DNA of 55,813 nt from a virus. Taxonomy: Duplodnaviria; Caudoviricetes. How positions within the stretch are numbered: position 1 is the stretch's first letter; the number at the start of each line of letters is the position of its first letter. The position numbers and the translations under genes are program-made. This document shows, piece by piece, positions 24,766 through 34,094 of the stretch. A model generated the notes under the pieces. It was not told where the DNA came from, searched no databases, and saw only the letters and a list, made by a program, of their open reading frames with translations. Where the stretch lies: positions 1 through 55,813 of IMG/VR virus record IMGVR_UViG_3300002460_000038; one strand, written 5' to 3'.

Positions 24766-26737
24766 GAAGCCCGCGCCGAAGAAGGCCGCCTCGAAGGGCT
24801 CGGCCGTGCGCCGTGCCACTGCGCCACCGAAGGACGAGCGCGAAGAGGACCGCGTTAAGGATTGGTTCGGCAAGATCCGCGGCGCCGACAAGGCGTACGA
24901 GGAATGGGAGAAGCGCTTTTCCGTCAAACGCGGCGAGGACTATTACGAGGGGCGCCAGTGGTACGGGCTGCCCGAGGCCGACGCCGACAAGCGGTATGTC
25001 ATCAACATCACCGCCGCGGCCGTCGAGACGCAGAAGCCGTCCCTGCTCTTCGACAATCCACAAATCCGGATCGAGCCGCGTCCGTCGCGCAAGGACGAAC
25101 TGAGCCGCCAGACGCTCGACGATGAAGCCAAGCTGGCCACGCAGGCCGTGCAGACGTTCATCGACGACCCGGACGTCAAGTTCATACTCGAAACAGGGCT
25201 GGGCGTGCACGAGGCGCACTTCCGGTTCGGGCTCGTCGAGGTCGGCTACACCGCCGACTTCCTCGACAACCCGCACGCGGGCAAGCCGCTGATTCCGTCG
25301 GACCCGACCAAGGCGGGCGAGCTGCCGGAAGGCGCGGGCGAGAACACCGTCGACACGGAGGCAGAGGACGCGGCCACCGAGGCCGGCGCCGACGGCGAGG
25401 CGGAGGCTGGCCCGCTGCAGCCTGACAAGGTCGTCCAGCCTGGCACCGAGCGCATCTACGTGAAGCGCGTGCCCGCCGAGTCGTTCCGGGTGTCGCTGTC
25501 AGGCAAGAACGACCTCAGCGCCAACGATTGGGTCGGCTACTTCGAATGGGTGTACGTCAGCGACCTGAAGGCCAACGCCAAGTACAAGAACACCGATGAT
25601 CTGAAATCCACCGGCACCATTGACCAGAAATACCGCCCGAGTGCCAACAGTCAGGACCTCGAAGCGAAGCACGGCATGGTCAAGGTCTGGAAGCTCTGGG
25701 ACCTCCGTGGGAAGGTCAAGCACGTGCTGGCCGATGGGCATCAGAAGTTCCTGCTCGAAGGCGAGCCGTGGAAGATTGTCCCGTTCGCCGACCTGAAGTT
25801 CCTCGAGCGCCCGAACCACTACTACCCGAAGCCGGTGGTGTTCGACTGGCTCAGCCCGCAGGACGAGCTGAACGAGCAGCGCGAGCAGGCGCGGAACCAC
25901 CGCCGCCGGTTCGAGCGCAAGTACACGTACCGCGACGGGTCGATCGAGGACACCGAACTGCAGAAGCTTCAGGACGGCGGCGACGGCACCTTTGCGAAGT
26001 CGCTGAAGGAGCACCCCATCGAGCCGGTGCCGGACGCGCCGCTCGGCGCGCAGAACCTGCAGTCTGGCGCGATGGCCGAGCAGGACTTCACGATGGTCTC
26101 CGGGGTCAGCGGGGAGCAGCGCCAGGTGGCCACCGCCGACACCGCGACCCAAGCCAGCATCATGGACTCGCGGGCTAGGCTGCGCGAATCGGCTGCCCGC
26201 ATAAAGGTGCGGAATTGGCTCGGGCAGATCGGGCGCCTGATGCTCCTGCACATGCGCGAGCACATGACGCTGCCGTTCATCATCAAGCAGCAACTCGACC
26301 TCCAGACCGCCACGCCCGAGGAAGTCCTCATGACCGCGCTGCGGTGGCAGGCCATCACGGCGAAGGACCTCGGCGAAGTCGACATGGAAGTGTCGGTGTC
26401 CCTTGACTCGCTGTCGCCCATTGTCCAGGAGACGGAGCGCGCCTCGTGGAACCAGGTGCTGGCGCTCATCGCGAATCCCGGCATCCGCCTGATGCTCTCG
26501 TTCAGTGATGCGCTGCTCCGGAAGACGCTGGACCTCTACGGCGTCACCAGCGAGCGCGACATCGTCGAGCTGAAAGGCGTCATGCAGAAGATGACGGAGT
26601 TGGAGCAGCTTGCGGCTGGCGCAGCGATGGAGGGTGGCAGTGCTGGCGTGACGGCTACGGCCGGGCCGCAGAAGCAGCCGCCAATGCTGCCTGGTCACGC
26701 TGGCGCGTTGCCTCCGCCAGCAACGGTGGTGCAGTGA
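24758..26737 (+). CDS. portal protein (P22-like)
   Basis: Follows terL; DYYEGRQW, PQDELN, TATQA; ~660 aa. Confidence 0.85.
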   Translation: MAKKPAPKKAASKGSAVRRATAPPKDEREEDRVKDWFGKIRGADKAYEEWEKRFSVKRGEDYYEGRQWYGLPEADADKRYVINITAAAVETQKPSLLFDNPQIRIEPRPSRKDELSRQTLDDEAKLATQAVQTFIDDPDVKFILETGLGVHEAHFRFGLVEVGYTADFLDNPHAGKPLIPSDPTKAGELPEGAGENTVDTEAEDAATEAGADGEAEAGPLQPDKVVQPGTERIYVKRVPAESFRVSLSGKNDLSANDWVGYFEWVYVSDLKANAKYKNTDDLKSTGTIDQKYRPSANSQDLEAKHGMVKVWKLWDLRGKVKHVLADGHQKFLLEGEPWKIVPFADLKFLERPNHYYPKPVVFDWLSPQDELNEQREQARNHRRRFERKYTYRDGSIEDTELQKLQDGGDGTFAKSLKEHPIEPVPDAPLGAQNLQSGAMAEQDFTMVSGVSGEQRQVATADTATQASIMDSRARLRESAARIKVRNWLGQIGRLMLLHMREHMTLPFIIKQQLDLQTATPEEVLMTALRWQAITAKDLGEVDMEVSVSLDSLSPIVQETERASWNQVLALIANPGIRLMLSFSDALLRKTLDLYGVTSERDIVELKGVMQKMTELEQLAAGAAMEGGSAGVTATAGPQKQPPMLPGHAGALPPPATVVQ

Positions 26738-26952
26738 TGGCTGCGCTGGTGAGTCCGGCGCCCGGAGACGAGACCGTGTTCAAGGGCGGCGCGCTGTCGT
26801 CGGCGTTCTTCACCGGTCAGATTCAGGCGTGGCGCCGCGAGCCGGCGACGACGGCCGGCTTTGAGTGGGTGTGTTTGGAATTCGAGGGGGGCGGCTCCGT
26901 GCAGATTCTCACGGGCAATCCGCTGGTGTGGATCGAGCCCGAACGGCACTGA
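26734..26952 (+). CDS. hypothetical protein
   Basis: Overlaps the portal stop. Confidence 0.55.
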   Translation: MMAALVSPAPGDETVFKGGALSSAFFTGQIQAWRREPATTAGFEWVCLEFEGGGSVQILTGNPLVWIEPERH

Positions 26953-26954
26953 CG

Positions 26955-27167
26955 ATGGCCTACCACAAGATTTCGCACCCGACGCGCGAAATGGCAGACG
27001 CCCACCGACGAGGCATGTTGGCAATCACGACGGAGCATCCGAAACGTCAGGCGGCCCTCGAAACGTACTGGTGCACGGTCTGCGACGCGTTTCATGTCGG
27101 CCACCGACGGTCACCGATCGCGCTGGCGCGCGTCCGGGCGCGCGGCGCACGGCTGAAGAGGCACTGA
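26955..27167 (+). CDS. small Zn-binding hypothetical protein
   Basis: YWCTVCDAFHVGH motif. Confidence 0.6.
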   Translation: MAYHKISHPTREMADAHRRGMLAITTEHPKRQAALETYWCTVCDAFHVGHRRSPIALARVRARGARLKRH

Positions 27168-27169
27168 AT

Positions 27170-27577
27170 ATGGGAGCAAAACGCCAATACGTGCAGATTG
27201 TCGAGCGCGTACTCGGGCGCCCTTTACCACCTGGCGCCATCGTCCATCACGTGGACCAGGACCGAGAGAACGAGCGGAACGACAACTTGTGCGTCCTTCA
27301 AGATTCAGCCGAACACGTCAGGCTGCATCGCAGGCTCAGAATTCTGCAGGCCGGTGGGAATCCTTGGACGCAGCAGATTTGCTGCACGTGCCAGCAGGTG
27401 AAAGACATCGACCAGTTCCCGCCATCCCGCCGAACGAGTAGCGGCGAATGTCATCCGTGCCTTGCTCGTCGAAGAACGCCTTCACCCGAAACGTACGACC
27501 AACGCCGAGAGCGGAATCGCCGCGCTGCCCAATCGCGCTGGCGAAAAGAACGGGAGGTGTGCCACGCCTCTTTATGA
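27170..27577 (+). CDS. HNH endonuclease (paralogue of 8017-8553)
   Basis: VERVLGRPLPPGAIVHHVDQDRENERNDNL..GGNPWTQ..CCTC. Confidence 0.85.
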   Translation: MGAKRQYVQIVERVLGRPLPPGAIVHHVDQDRENERNDNLCVLQDSAEHVRLHRRLRILQAGGNPWTQQICCTCQQVKDIDQFPPSRRTSSGECHPCLARRRTPSPETYDQRRERNRRAAQSRWRKEREVCHASL

Positions 27578-27884
27578 CTATCAATGCCAGCGCTGCGAGA
27601 CCGAAGAGGAAATCTTCGCCCCGATGGCCGAGCGCCACGCCCAGAGCTGCGAGCGGTGCGGGGAGCCGTTGCGGCTCATCCTGCGTCCGACGCCGCACTA
27701 CGACCCGACGCAGCAGGACACCTACTACGACGAAGGGCTCGGGGTGGAAATTACCGGCCGCGACCATCGGCGGCGCGTCATGCGGGACCTGAAGTGCGAC
27801 CACCGCGAGCGGCCGCGGCCGGGCGACATGTCGGCCCGGGCGGACCGCTGCAACGAGTTGCGGAAGGAGCGGGCGCGTGCCTGA
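27564..27884 (+). CDS. FmdB-like Zn-ribbon protein (apparent ACG start)
   Basis: (M)PLYDYQCQRC...CERCG; ggagg 6 nt before ACG. Confidence 0.75.
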   Translation, partial: TPLYDYQCQRCETEEEIFAPMAERHAQSCERCGEPLRLILRPTPHYDPTQQDTYYDEGLGVEITGRDHRRRVMRDLKCDHRERPRPGDMSARADRCNELRKERARA

Positions 27885-28050
27885 TCTGACCTACAAGGGG
27901 CGTTGTATTGAATCGCTGACCCGCGATGAACTACTCAAGGCACTCGTGTGGGCGTATGGCGAAATCGAGCGAATGCGCCAGGCGCGTGCCGACGACATCG
28001 AGATGGAGCGTGAGTTCGAAGCCGCGCGAATGGCGATGGGTCGTCTCTAA
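27877..28050 (+). CDS. 57-aa hypothetical protein
   Basis: RBS aggag; TAATG overlap with the next gene. Confidence 0.55.
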   Translation: MPDLTYKGRCIESLTRDELLKALVWAYGEIERMRQARADDIEMEREFEAARMAMGRL

Positions 28051-28475
28051 TGCCTGACGGTCTCTTCCACCAGCGCCCGAGCAACCCGCCGCCCGTCGAC
28101 CTCGACGCCGTCGTGCGCGATGTCGTTGAGTTCGAGCGGAAGGACGACACGACCGGTGAAGTCGAGCGCAACGTGACCGTGCCCGTTCGGTGGGAGCTGT
28201 TGAGTCGTGACGAGCCGTGGGCGTTACTCGCGCTGAAGGGCACGTCCTTCGAGCCTGACGGCCTCGCGGTGCCGTTCACCGTCGCACGCCGCATTCCGGC
28301 GCAGCGGGCGCTCGAGCACGAAGTTAGGGATCACGTTGAGCGTACCTGCTTGGCGCTCGCGCAACTCGTCGAGGAACGCCGCCGCGTGGGCCATTCGTTC
28401 GAGGCGGCGCCGGCCGCAGTCAGCGCGCCGGCAGCCTCGCCGAAGCGCGACCGGCGACGGAGGGCGCGTGCCTGA
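28050..28475 (+). CDS. hypothetical protein
   Basis: Coupled ORF. Confidence 0.6.
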   Translation: MPDGLFHQRPSNPPPVDLDAVVRDVVEFERKDDTTGEVERNVTVPVRWELLSRDEPWALLALKGTSFEPDGLAVPFTVARRIPAQRALEHEVRDHVERTCLALAQLVEERRRVGHSFEAAPAAVSAPAASPKRDRRRRARA

Positions 28476-28677
28476 CGTGCGCCCGCTCATCGTCGTGTCC
28501 GGCGCGCCGGAGCTGCGCAACGTCCCGCCCGAATTCTGGGCGAAGCTGTGCGAGTACGTGCGCGGTCAGAAAACCGGGACCGTGAAGTGGAACTTCAACA
28601 AGGGGCGGTTGCTTAGTCTCGGGGCGGAAGAACACCTGCACGCGCCTGGGAAGCACGAGGTAGAATCACGCGGATGA
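28468..28677 (+). CDS. hypothetical protein
   Basis: RBS ggagg; coupled ORF. Confidence 0.55.
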   Translation: MPDVRPLIVVSGAPELRNVPPEFWAKLCEYVRGQKTGTVKWNFNKGRLLSLGAEEHLHAPGKHEVESRG

Positions 28678-28874
28678 ACGTCATTGAGGCAATGGAGCGA
28701 ATGTTGGAGGACGGGCCTCCGATGTCTCAGGAGCCGCAGCGCATCGTCATGTCCGGCGCAGAGATGGCCGCGTTTACAGTGGCGTGCCAGCGCGTGGGCG
28801 TTCCTCCGACGTCCGATTACTATTGGGCGTGGAAATTGAACGACCCACTCTTTGGTGGGCAGTTTTCGGCTTGA
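28674..28874 (+). CDS. hypothetical protein
   Basis: ATGA overlap; TAGAAT 7 nt upstream. Confidence 0.5.
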   Translation: MNVIEAMERMLEDGPPMSQEPQRIVMSGAEMAAFTVACQRVGVPPTSDYYWAWKLNDPLFGGQFSA

Positions 28875-28988
28875 CACCCTGATCGTCGAGGCGTAATCTC
28901 GGCGGTAACAATTCAGATTCGCGGGCGACCGCACCAAGCGAGCCCGGTTCCAGGAATGACCTTCCTGGGGCCGGGCTCTTTTGCGTTT
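28871..28988 (+). promoter_or_regulatory. late promoter, ~80-nt leader and intrinsic terminator (copy 1)
   Basis: TTGACA-17-TAATCT; hairpin gagcccggttccaggaa/ttcctggggccgggctc followed by tttt; repeated at 54986-55100. Confidence 0.8.
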
Positions 28989-29498
28989 ATGGGCACATTT
29001 CAGATTCCTCTCTACGACAAGCACGACAACGTCGTGGCCCACGCCACGGTCGATGAGCAGGACTTCGCCCGCCTGAGCCACCTTCGATTCACGGCGCTCA
29101 GGACGAAGAGCGGCATCTATGGTGTTCAGTTCCGCGCGGTCAATGGGTCCACCGAGGCCACCCTGCTTCATCGACTCGTGCTTGGTGACCCTCCGTTCGA
29201 TGGTGCCGAGGTAGACCACCGAAACCGGAACACCCTCGATACCCGCCGCGAAAACCTGCGTTGGGTGACGCACGCCCAGAACCTTCAGAACCGACCATCC
29301 CAGAAGAACGCCACGTCGGCGCATCGCGGTGTCCATTGGGACCGCTGCGAACAGCGATGGGTTGGTGAGATTCGTCGCGAGGGTCGTCGTGTATGGCGAC
29401 GGTACTTTCGCGACCAGCTCGAAGCGGCGGTGGCAGTGTCTGCCGCGCGACGAGTGTTCCTGCCGTTCTCTGTTGAGAACGGCGTATTGGCGTCCTGA
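28989..29498 (+). CDS. HNH-AP2 homing endonuclease
   Basis: LHRLVLG..EVDHRNRNTLD.RRENLR.VT..QN..S.HRGVHW..RW. Confidence 0.9.
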   Translation: MGTFQIPLYDKHDNVVAHATVDEQDFARLSHLRFTALRTKSGIYGVQFRAVNGSTEATLLHRLVLGDPPFDGAEVDHRNRNTLDTRRENLRWVTHAQNLQNRPSQKNATSAHRGVHWDRCEQRWVGEIRREGRRVWRRYFRDQLEAAVAVSAARRVFLPFSVENGVLAS

Positions 29499-29500
29499 CG

Positions 29501-29626
29501 ATGGCCAAACGACTGCCCTACGTGAAACCGAGCGGCAAAAAGCAGACGCAGGAGTCCATGCAGGACGTGATGGCAACGCACGCCAAGCGCGGCACCTTCA
29601 AGGCGAAGGGCAAGAAAGGCAGATAG
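29501..29626 (+). CDS. 41-aa basic peptide
   Basis: MAKRLPYVKPSGKK...KGKKGR*; fills the gap before the scaffold gene. Confidence 0.45.
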   Translation: MAKRLPYVKPSGKKQTQESMQDVMATHAKRGTFKAKGKKGR

Positions 29627-29630
29627 CGGC

Positions 29631-30587
29631 ATGCCTCCAGGTTCTTCGGCAGTGCTCGACGACGCAGCGGCCACCGGCACCACCGGCAGTCAGGCAACTG
29701 ACGACACCGGCACCGGGGACGCGGCAGTCGATACCGCCACGCAAACGTCGCAGCAGACCGACGGGACGGCGGGTGCGACGGATGACACCGACCCAGAAGA
29801 AGTCTCGGCTGGACTGATCTCACGCGAAGACTACGACCGGACGAAAGACGACCCGGCCGCGTTTCGCAAGGCGATTCTCAAAGGCTTCACCCAAGCGACC
29901 CAGAAAACTTCCGCCGAGCGGAAGAACCTGGCGGCCTGGTCTGACATCCGAGACGCCTTCAATGAGGATGCGCCAACGGCCCTCAAGCAGTTGGCGGAAC
30001 AGTTCGGATTCGAGATCCGTGACCCGAAGGCGGACGACACGTCGACCACGTCGACGACTGCCGCGACGAATGCGGGCGATGAAGCCGTCGCCGAGCTCAA
30101 GGAGGCGCTCTCGGGCGTCGGCCTTGACGAGCTCGCCGACAAGCTCGCCCCGGTCATTCGGAAGATTGCTGACAAGGCCGCGGGCGCCGCGACCGAGCCG
30201 CTCCGGACCCACCAGGAGAAGTTGATCGAGGAAAGCACCCAGCGGGAGACCAAAGCCACGCTGGATGCCTTCGGGAAATCGCACCCGGACTACAAGCCGG
30301 GCAACGCCATCGATAAGGCGATGGCGAAACTCTCGAAGTCGCTCTTGCCCGCCGAGGGCATGAACGAGCTGGAATACCTCGACAACCTCTACGTCCTGGC
30401 GACGAAGGACGACATGGTCAAGAAGGCCGCGCAAGAGGCGATCGACCGCATGACGAAGAACGCGCAGACGACCGACGGGAAGAAGGCGTCCACGGTCACG
30501 GGGGACAAGGTTTCGACGGGCAGACCGGCAGGCGCCGGCTTCCGTCAGGCCGCAGAAGCCGCGAGACGCGGCGAGCGCTGGGACTAA
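29631..30587 (+). CDS. capsid scaffolding protein
   Basis: Acidic low-complexity N-terminus; FTQATQK; directly upstream of the major capsid gene. Confidence 0.75.
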   Translation: MPPGSSAVLDDAAATGTTGSQATDDTGTGDAAVDTATQTSQQTDGTAGATDDTDPEEVSAGLISREDYDRTKDDPAAFRKAILKGFTQATQKTSAERKNLAAWSDIRDAFNEDAPTALKQLAEQFGFEIRDPKADDTSTTSTTAATNAGDEAVAELKEALSGVGLDELADKLAPVIRKIADKAAGAATEPLRTHQEKLIEESTQRETKATLDAFGKSHPDYKPGNAIDKAMAKLSKSLLPAEGMNELEYLDNLYVLATKDDMVKKAAQEAIDRMTKNAQTTDGKKASTVTGDKVSTGRPAGAGFRQAAEAARRGERWD

Positions 30588-30615
30588 AGGCCCCGCGCGA
30601 AGGGAGTAGGCCACC

Positions 30616-31671
30616 ATGCCTCCGTCCTCACTGACACTCGGATACGACGCAGTACTTGCGACCACGTTTTTCAACTGGTCGAAGACGCTGTTCGACACCA
30701 TCAGCAAGTCCAATTACTTCCTCTTCCACCTGATGAAGGAGGTCGAGAGTGGTTGGGATCTGATCGATGACATCGGGGATCGCGCCGCGATGCCGCTCAT
30801 GTATGAAATCGGCACGGCCGACTCGTACAGCGGCTACGACATCCTCGACGTGACGCCGACCGACGGCATCACGGCGGCGTTCTACGACTGGCGCCAGGCG
30901 TCGGTCCCCATCTCCATCAGCGGGCTCGAAGAGCAGAAGAACAAAGGCGAAAGCCGGATGCTCAATCTGCTCGAGGCCAAGACCAAGCAGGCCGAACTCG
31001 GCATGCAGGACTTCTTCAACAAGTCGCTGCTGCAGGGCAACGGCGGCTCGGCCATCACGACGGCGTACACGTCGGCGATGAACGGGTCGCAGTTCCTCGA
31101 CCCGCTGCCGCTGCTGGTGAAGTACGACCCGACGACCTCGACCACGGTGGGCAACATCCCGCAGGGGACGCACACCTGGTGGCGGAACCAGACCCTCAAC
31201 AGCACGTCGAGCACGTACAAGGCGTTCCTCAAGGACCTCCGGAAGTTGTTCAACGACAGCTCGAAGGGGCCCGGCGGCAAGCCGAACCTGCACCTCACCG
31301 ACCAGGGCGTCTACGAACTCTACGAGGCGGCGCTGGCCGACCAGCACCGGAACACCTCGTATCAGCGCGCCGACATCCCGTTCGACAACATCCTGTTCCG
31401 CGGGAAGCCGGTCACGTGGGACGAGTACGTGCCGGACGTGCAAGGCGGCTCGGCGACGCAGTCCACGACGTCCGGGACGTGGTGGATGCTCAATACCGAA
31501 TTCTGGAAGGTGAAGGTCGACAAGGACCGGAACTTCAAGGCGACCCCGTTCCAAAAGCCGGAAAACGGTGATTCCCGCGTGGGGCACATCCTGTTCCTCG
31601 GCGCCGCGGTGTGCGGCAACCGACGCAAGCAGGGCGTGGCCGGCGGGGTCGACACGACCATCGCGTCGTAA
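30616..31671 (+). CDS. major capsid protein
   Basis: SYSGYDILD..ITAA.YDWRQASVPISISGLEE.KN; WWRNQ; FDNILFRG. Confidence 0.9.
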   Translation: MPPSSLTLGYDAVLATTFFNWSKTLFDTISKSNYFLFHLMKEVESGWDLIDDIGDRAAMPLMYEIGTADSYSGYDILDVTPTDGITAAFYDWRQASVPISISGLEEQKNKGESRMLNLLEAKTKQAELGMQDFFNKSLLQGNGGSAITTAYTSAMNGSQFLDPLPLLVKYDPTTSTTVGNIPQGTHTWWRNQTLNSTSSTYKAFLKDLRKLFNDSSKGPGGKPNLHLTDQGVYELYEAALADQHRNTSYQRADIPFDNILFRGKPVTWDEYVPDVQGGSATQSTTSGTWWMLNTEFWKVKVDKDRNFKATPFQKPENGDSRVGHILFLGAAVCGNRRKQGVAGGVDTTIAS

Positions 31672-31792
31672 ATCGCTCCGAAACGGCGGCGGCCTGGAAT
31701 GAGCCGGGCCGCCGTTAACTCAACGCGGAAAGACAGAGCGGAGCGCGGCCCGCTCTCTCGAGTCCGGTCAGTGACTCAGGAGGGCAGACATC

Positions 31793-32221
31793 ATGTTGTT
31801 GCAGCGAATCAACCGCGAGGACGCCGAGAAGGTGTTCGCAATTTTCTACAACGTCGCTGGGGCCACGATCACGGCGAATTACCCCGCGGTGTTCGACATC
31901 TCGACGGCGGACGGTGTCCGCGTGTCGAAGCCGGCGACGGCGACGCTCTCGCTCTTCGTCGGGCTGGCGAACCGCGACATCGCGGATTCCGCCTACGGCT
32001 TGTTCCAGCAGTTCGGCTACCGGGCGTCCGGGTACATGACGAACGACACGTCGCAGGCGATCGCGGCCGGCGACATCCTGATTCCGGTGAACGCGCAGTG
32101 GTACCTCGCGCGGTCGGCGGCGTCGGACGGCAAGAGCGGCTTTATTTATGCAGGAGAGGCCTTTGCCACGGCCACCACGCCTGCAGCCGCGAACAAAAAG
32201 GTTTTTGTCCGCGCCCTCTAG
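31793..32221 (+). CDS. capsid decoration/cement protein (putative)
   Basis: Follows the capsid gene; RBS aggagg; beta-rich 142 aa. Confidence 0.6.
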   Translation: MLLQRINREDAEKVFAIFYNVAGATITANYPAVFDISTADGVRVSKPATATLSLFVGLANRDIADSAYGLFQQFGYRASGYMTNDTSQAIAAGDILIPVNAQWYLARSAASDGKSGFIYAGEAFATATTPAAANKKVFVRAL

Positions 32222-32268
32222 TAATTAGCGCGATTCAGAAACCGGGTTAGTTTACGACGAAGTTGTAG

Positions 32269-32310
32269 TAGAATACCTCCCGCTGGCAGTAGGGCTGGCG
32301 GGAGGTATTC
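32269..32310 (+). promoter_or_regulatory. -10 box overlapping an RBS-sequestering hairpin
   Basis: TAGAAT 32269-32274; gaatacctcccgc / gcgggaggtattc perfect 13-bp inverted repeat. Confidence 0.7.
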
Positions 32311-32311
32311 G

Positions 32312-32929
32312 ATGGACGCGAAGAGGTGCACGCGTTGTGGTGAGACGAAGCCGGTCAGCGAGTTCTTTCGGCGTTCTGATCGCCCTATCGGCGTGCAGGC
32401 GGAGTGCAAAGCGTGTCGACTCGTTCGATTCAAGCGGGATGTCAAACGCAAAGTTGCTGAGGGTCGATGCGCGTGTGGTCGCCGTCGATTGCCAGGCCGA
32501 AGTCGCTGCAAAGAATGCGCAGCAGCACAGCGTCGAACCGATGCGACACGCCGATCGGAGCGCAGACGTCTCGGGCTCTGTCACTCCTGCGGTAAGCCAG
32601 CCGGCGGCTATTGGGCCTGTGAAGAGTGCTCGGCGAAGAACGCAGCCCGCGCGCACGGCGCTCGCATCGCTGATCGTGAACGGCTGTTTCAAGAGCAGAA
32701 CGGCACTTGTCCGATTTGCCTTCAGCCGCTCGAAGGGTTTGTTCGAAAGAAGCATGCCGTCGTGGACCACTGCCATCAATCGCAGCAGGTTCGCGGGCTG
32801 CTTCACAGCAAGTGCAATCTGCTGGTCAGCGATTTCGATCTCGCGACAGCGGAACGGCTGGTCGCTTACCTGAAACGGTACGCACCAGCACAAGGCGGCG
32901 CGGCGGCGAGCGACGTGCTCGTCACATAG
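32312..32929 (+). CDS. endonuclease VII-domain homing endonuclease
   Basis: KRCTRCGETKP.SEF; QNGTCPIC..VVDHCH..VRGLLH.KCN. Confidence 0.9.
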   Translation: MDAKRCTRCGETKPVSEFFRRSDRPIGVQAECKACRLVRFKRDVKRKVAEGRCACGRRRLPGRSRCKECAAAQRRTDATRRSERRRLGLCHSCGKPAGGYWACEECSAKNAARAHGARIADRERLFQEQNGTCPICLQPLEGFVRKKHAVVDHCHQSQQVRGLLHSKCNLLVSDFDLATAERLVAYLKRYAPAQGGAAASDVLVT

Positions 32930-33029
32930 GTTCACCGGGTCACGCGATCTGCCGCGCTCGCGCCCTGGTGATACGGGCTGAACCGGCGGGCCTTCGGGCT
33001 CGCCGGGGAGGTCTCGAAAGGCGACAACG

Positions 33030-33266
33030 ATGGCCGGCACGATTTACGGCACGGCAACGCCCGTCACGCCCAGCGACACCGAGAACCTGCCGCGGCTGTG
33101 TACCGGCATCTACGTGGGCGGCGCCGGCGCCGTCACGGTCGTCATGGCGAACGGCGACACGGTGACCTTTGCGGGGGCCCTCGCAGGAAGCACGCTGCCG
33201 ATTCAGGCGCGGCGCATCAAGGCCAGCGGTACGACCGCGACGCTGCTCGTCGCGTTGGAGAACTGA
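33030..33266 (+). CDS. head spike base protein-like (RcGTA Rcc01079 type)
   Basis: VTPSD..L....GIYVGGAG.V.V....VTF....G..LPI..RRIKASGTTA. Confidence 0.7.
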   Translation: MAGTIYGTATPVTPSDTENLPRLCTGIYVGGAGAVTVVMANGDTVTFAGALAGSTLPIQARRIKASGTTATLLVALEN

Positions 33267-33270
33267 CCCC

Positions 33271-34083
33271 CTGCAGCTTCAACTCGAAACAACGAGCACG
33301 TGCAACGCGGCCTGCGTGTTTTGTCCTTACCCGAAGATGAAGCGCGCGCACGGCACGATGTCGATGCCGCTCTTCAAGAAGATCATCGACGAAGCGACCA
33401 CGATTCCACTGGTCGACCACGTGACGTTGACGGGCCTCGGCGAGCCGCTGCTCGACCGGTTCGTCATCGAGCGTCTGAAATACGTGCGCGCGAAGATGCC
33501 TGCGGTGCTGCTCGACCTCTACACCAACGGCACGTTCCTGCGGCCGCCGATGGTCGACGCGCTGCACGCGTCCGGGTTGTCCGTGCTGTACGTGAGTCTG
33601 AATGCCGTGACGGCCGACAAGCGCCTGCGCGTGATGAAGGTCGACGACTTCGACCAGGTCATCGCGGGCATCGAGTACGCCCGGGCGAAGCCGGGCTGGA
33701 AGGTCATCGTCAAAGGCATTGTGACGAAGGACCTGATGGAGCAGGGCGACAACGAAGCCTTCGCGCAGCGCTGGGGCGGGTCCTTCAACGGCGGTGGGAA
33801 CGCCTTCCTCCATCTCGAAGGGAATTGGGCCGGGGCGATGTGGCCGATGCGACTGACGCCGCACGAGCCGTGCGGGCGCGCGCTCGGGCAACTCATGGTC
33901 CTGCAGGATGGACGGATGTCGCTCTGCTGCTTCGACAGCGAGGGGGACTGCATCCTCGGGGACCTCAATACCCAGACGTTGCGCGAGGTCTTCAACGGCC
34001 AGCCGGCGCTGGGGATTCGGGAAGCCCACGTGCAGGGGCGGCGCGCGGAGATTCCCCTCTGCGCCAACTGCACCGGGATCTAA
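33271..34083 (+). CDS. radical SAM/SPASM protein (apparent CTG start)
   Basis: CNAACVFC, GEPLL, TNG; C..DG..SLCCFD..LGD..C.NC. Confidence 0.88.
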   Translation: MQLQLETTSTCNAACVFCPYPKMKRAHGTMSMPLFKKIIDEATTIPLVDHVTLTGLGEPLLDRFVIERLKYVRAKMPAVLLDLYTNGTFLRPPMVDALHASGLSVLYVSLNAVTADKRLRVMKVDDFDQVIAGIEYARAKPGWKVIVKGIVTKDLMEQGDNEAFAQRWGGSFNGGGNAFLHLEGNWAGAMWPMRLTPHEPCGRALGQLMVLQDGRMSLCCFDSEGDCILGDLNTQTLREVFNGQPALGIREAHVQGRRAEIPLCANCTGI

Positions 34084-34094
34084 AGGAGCGCGGC

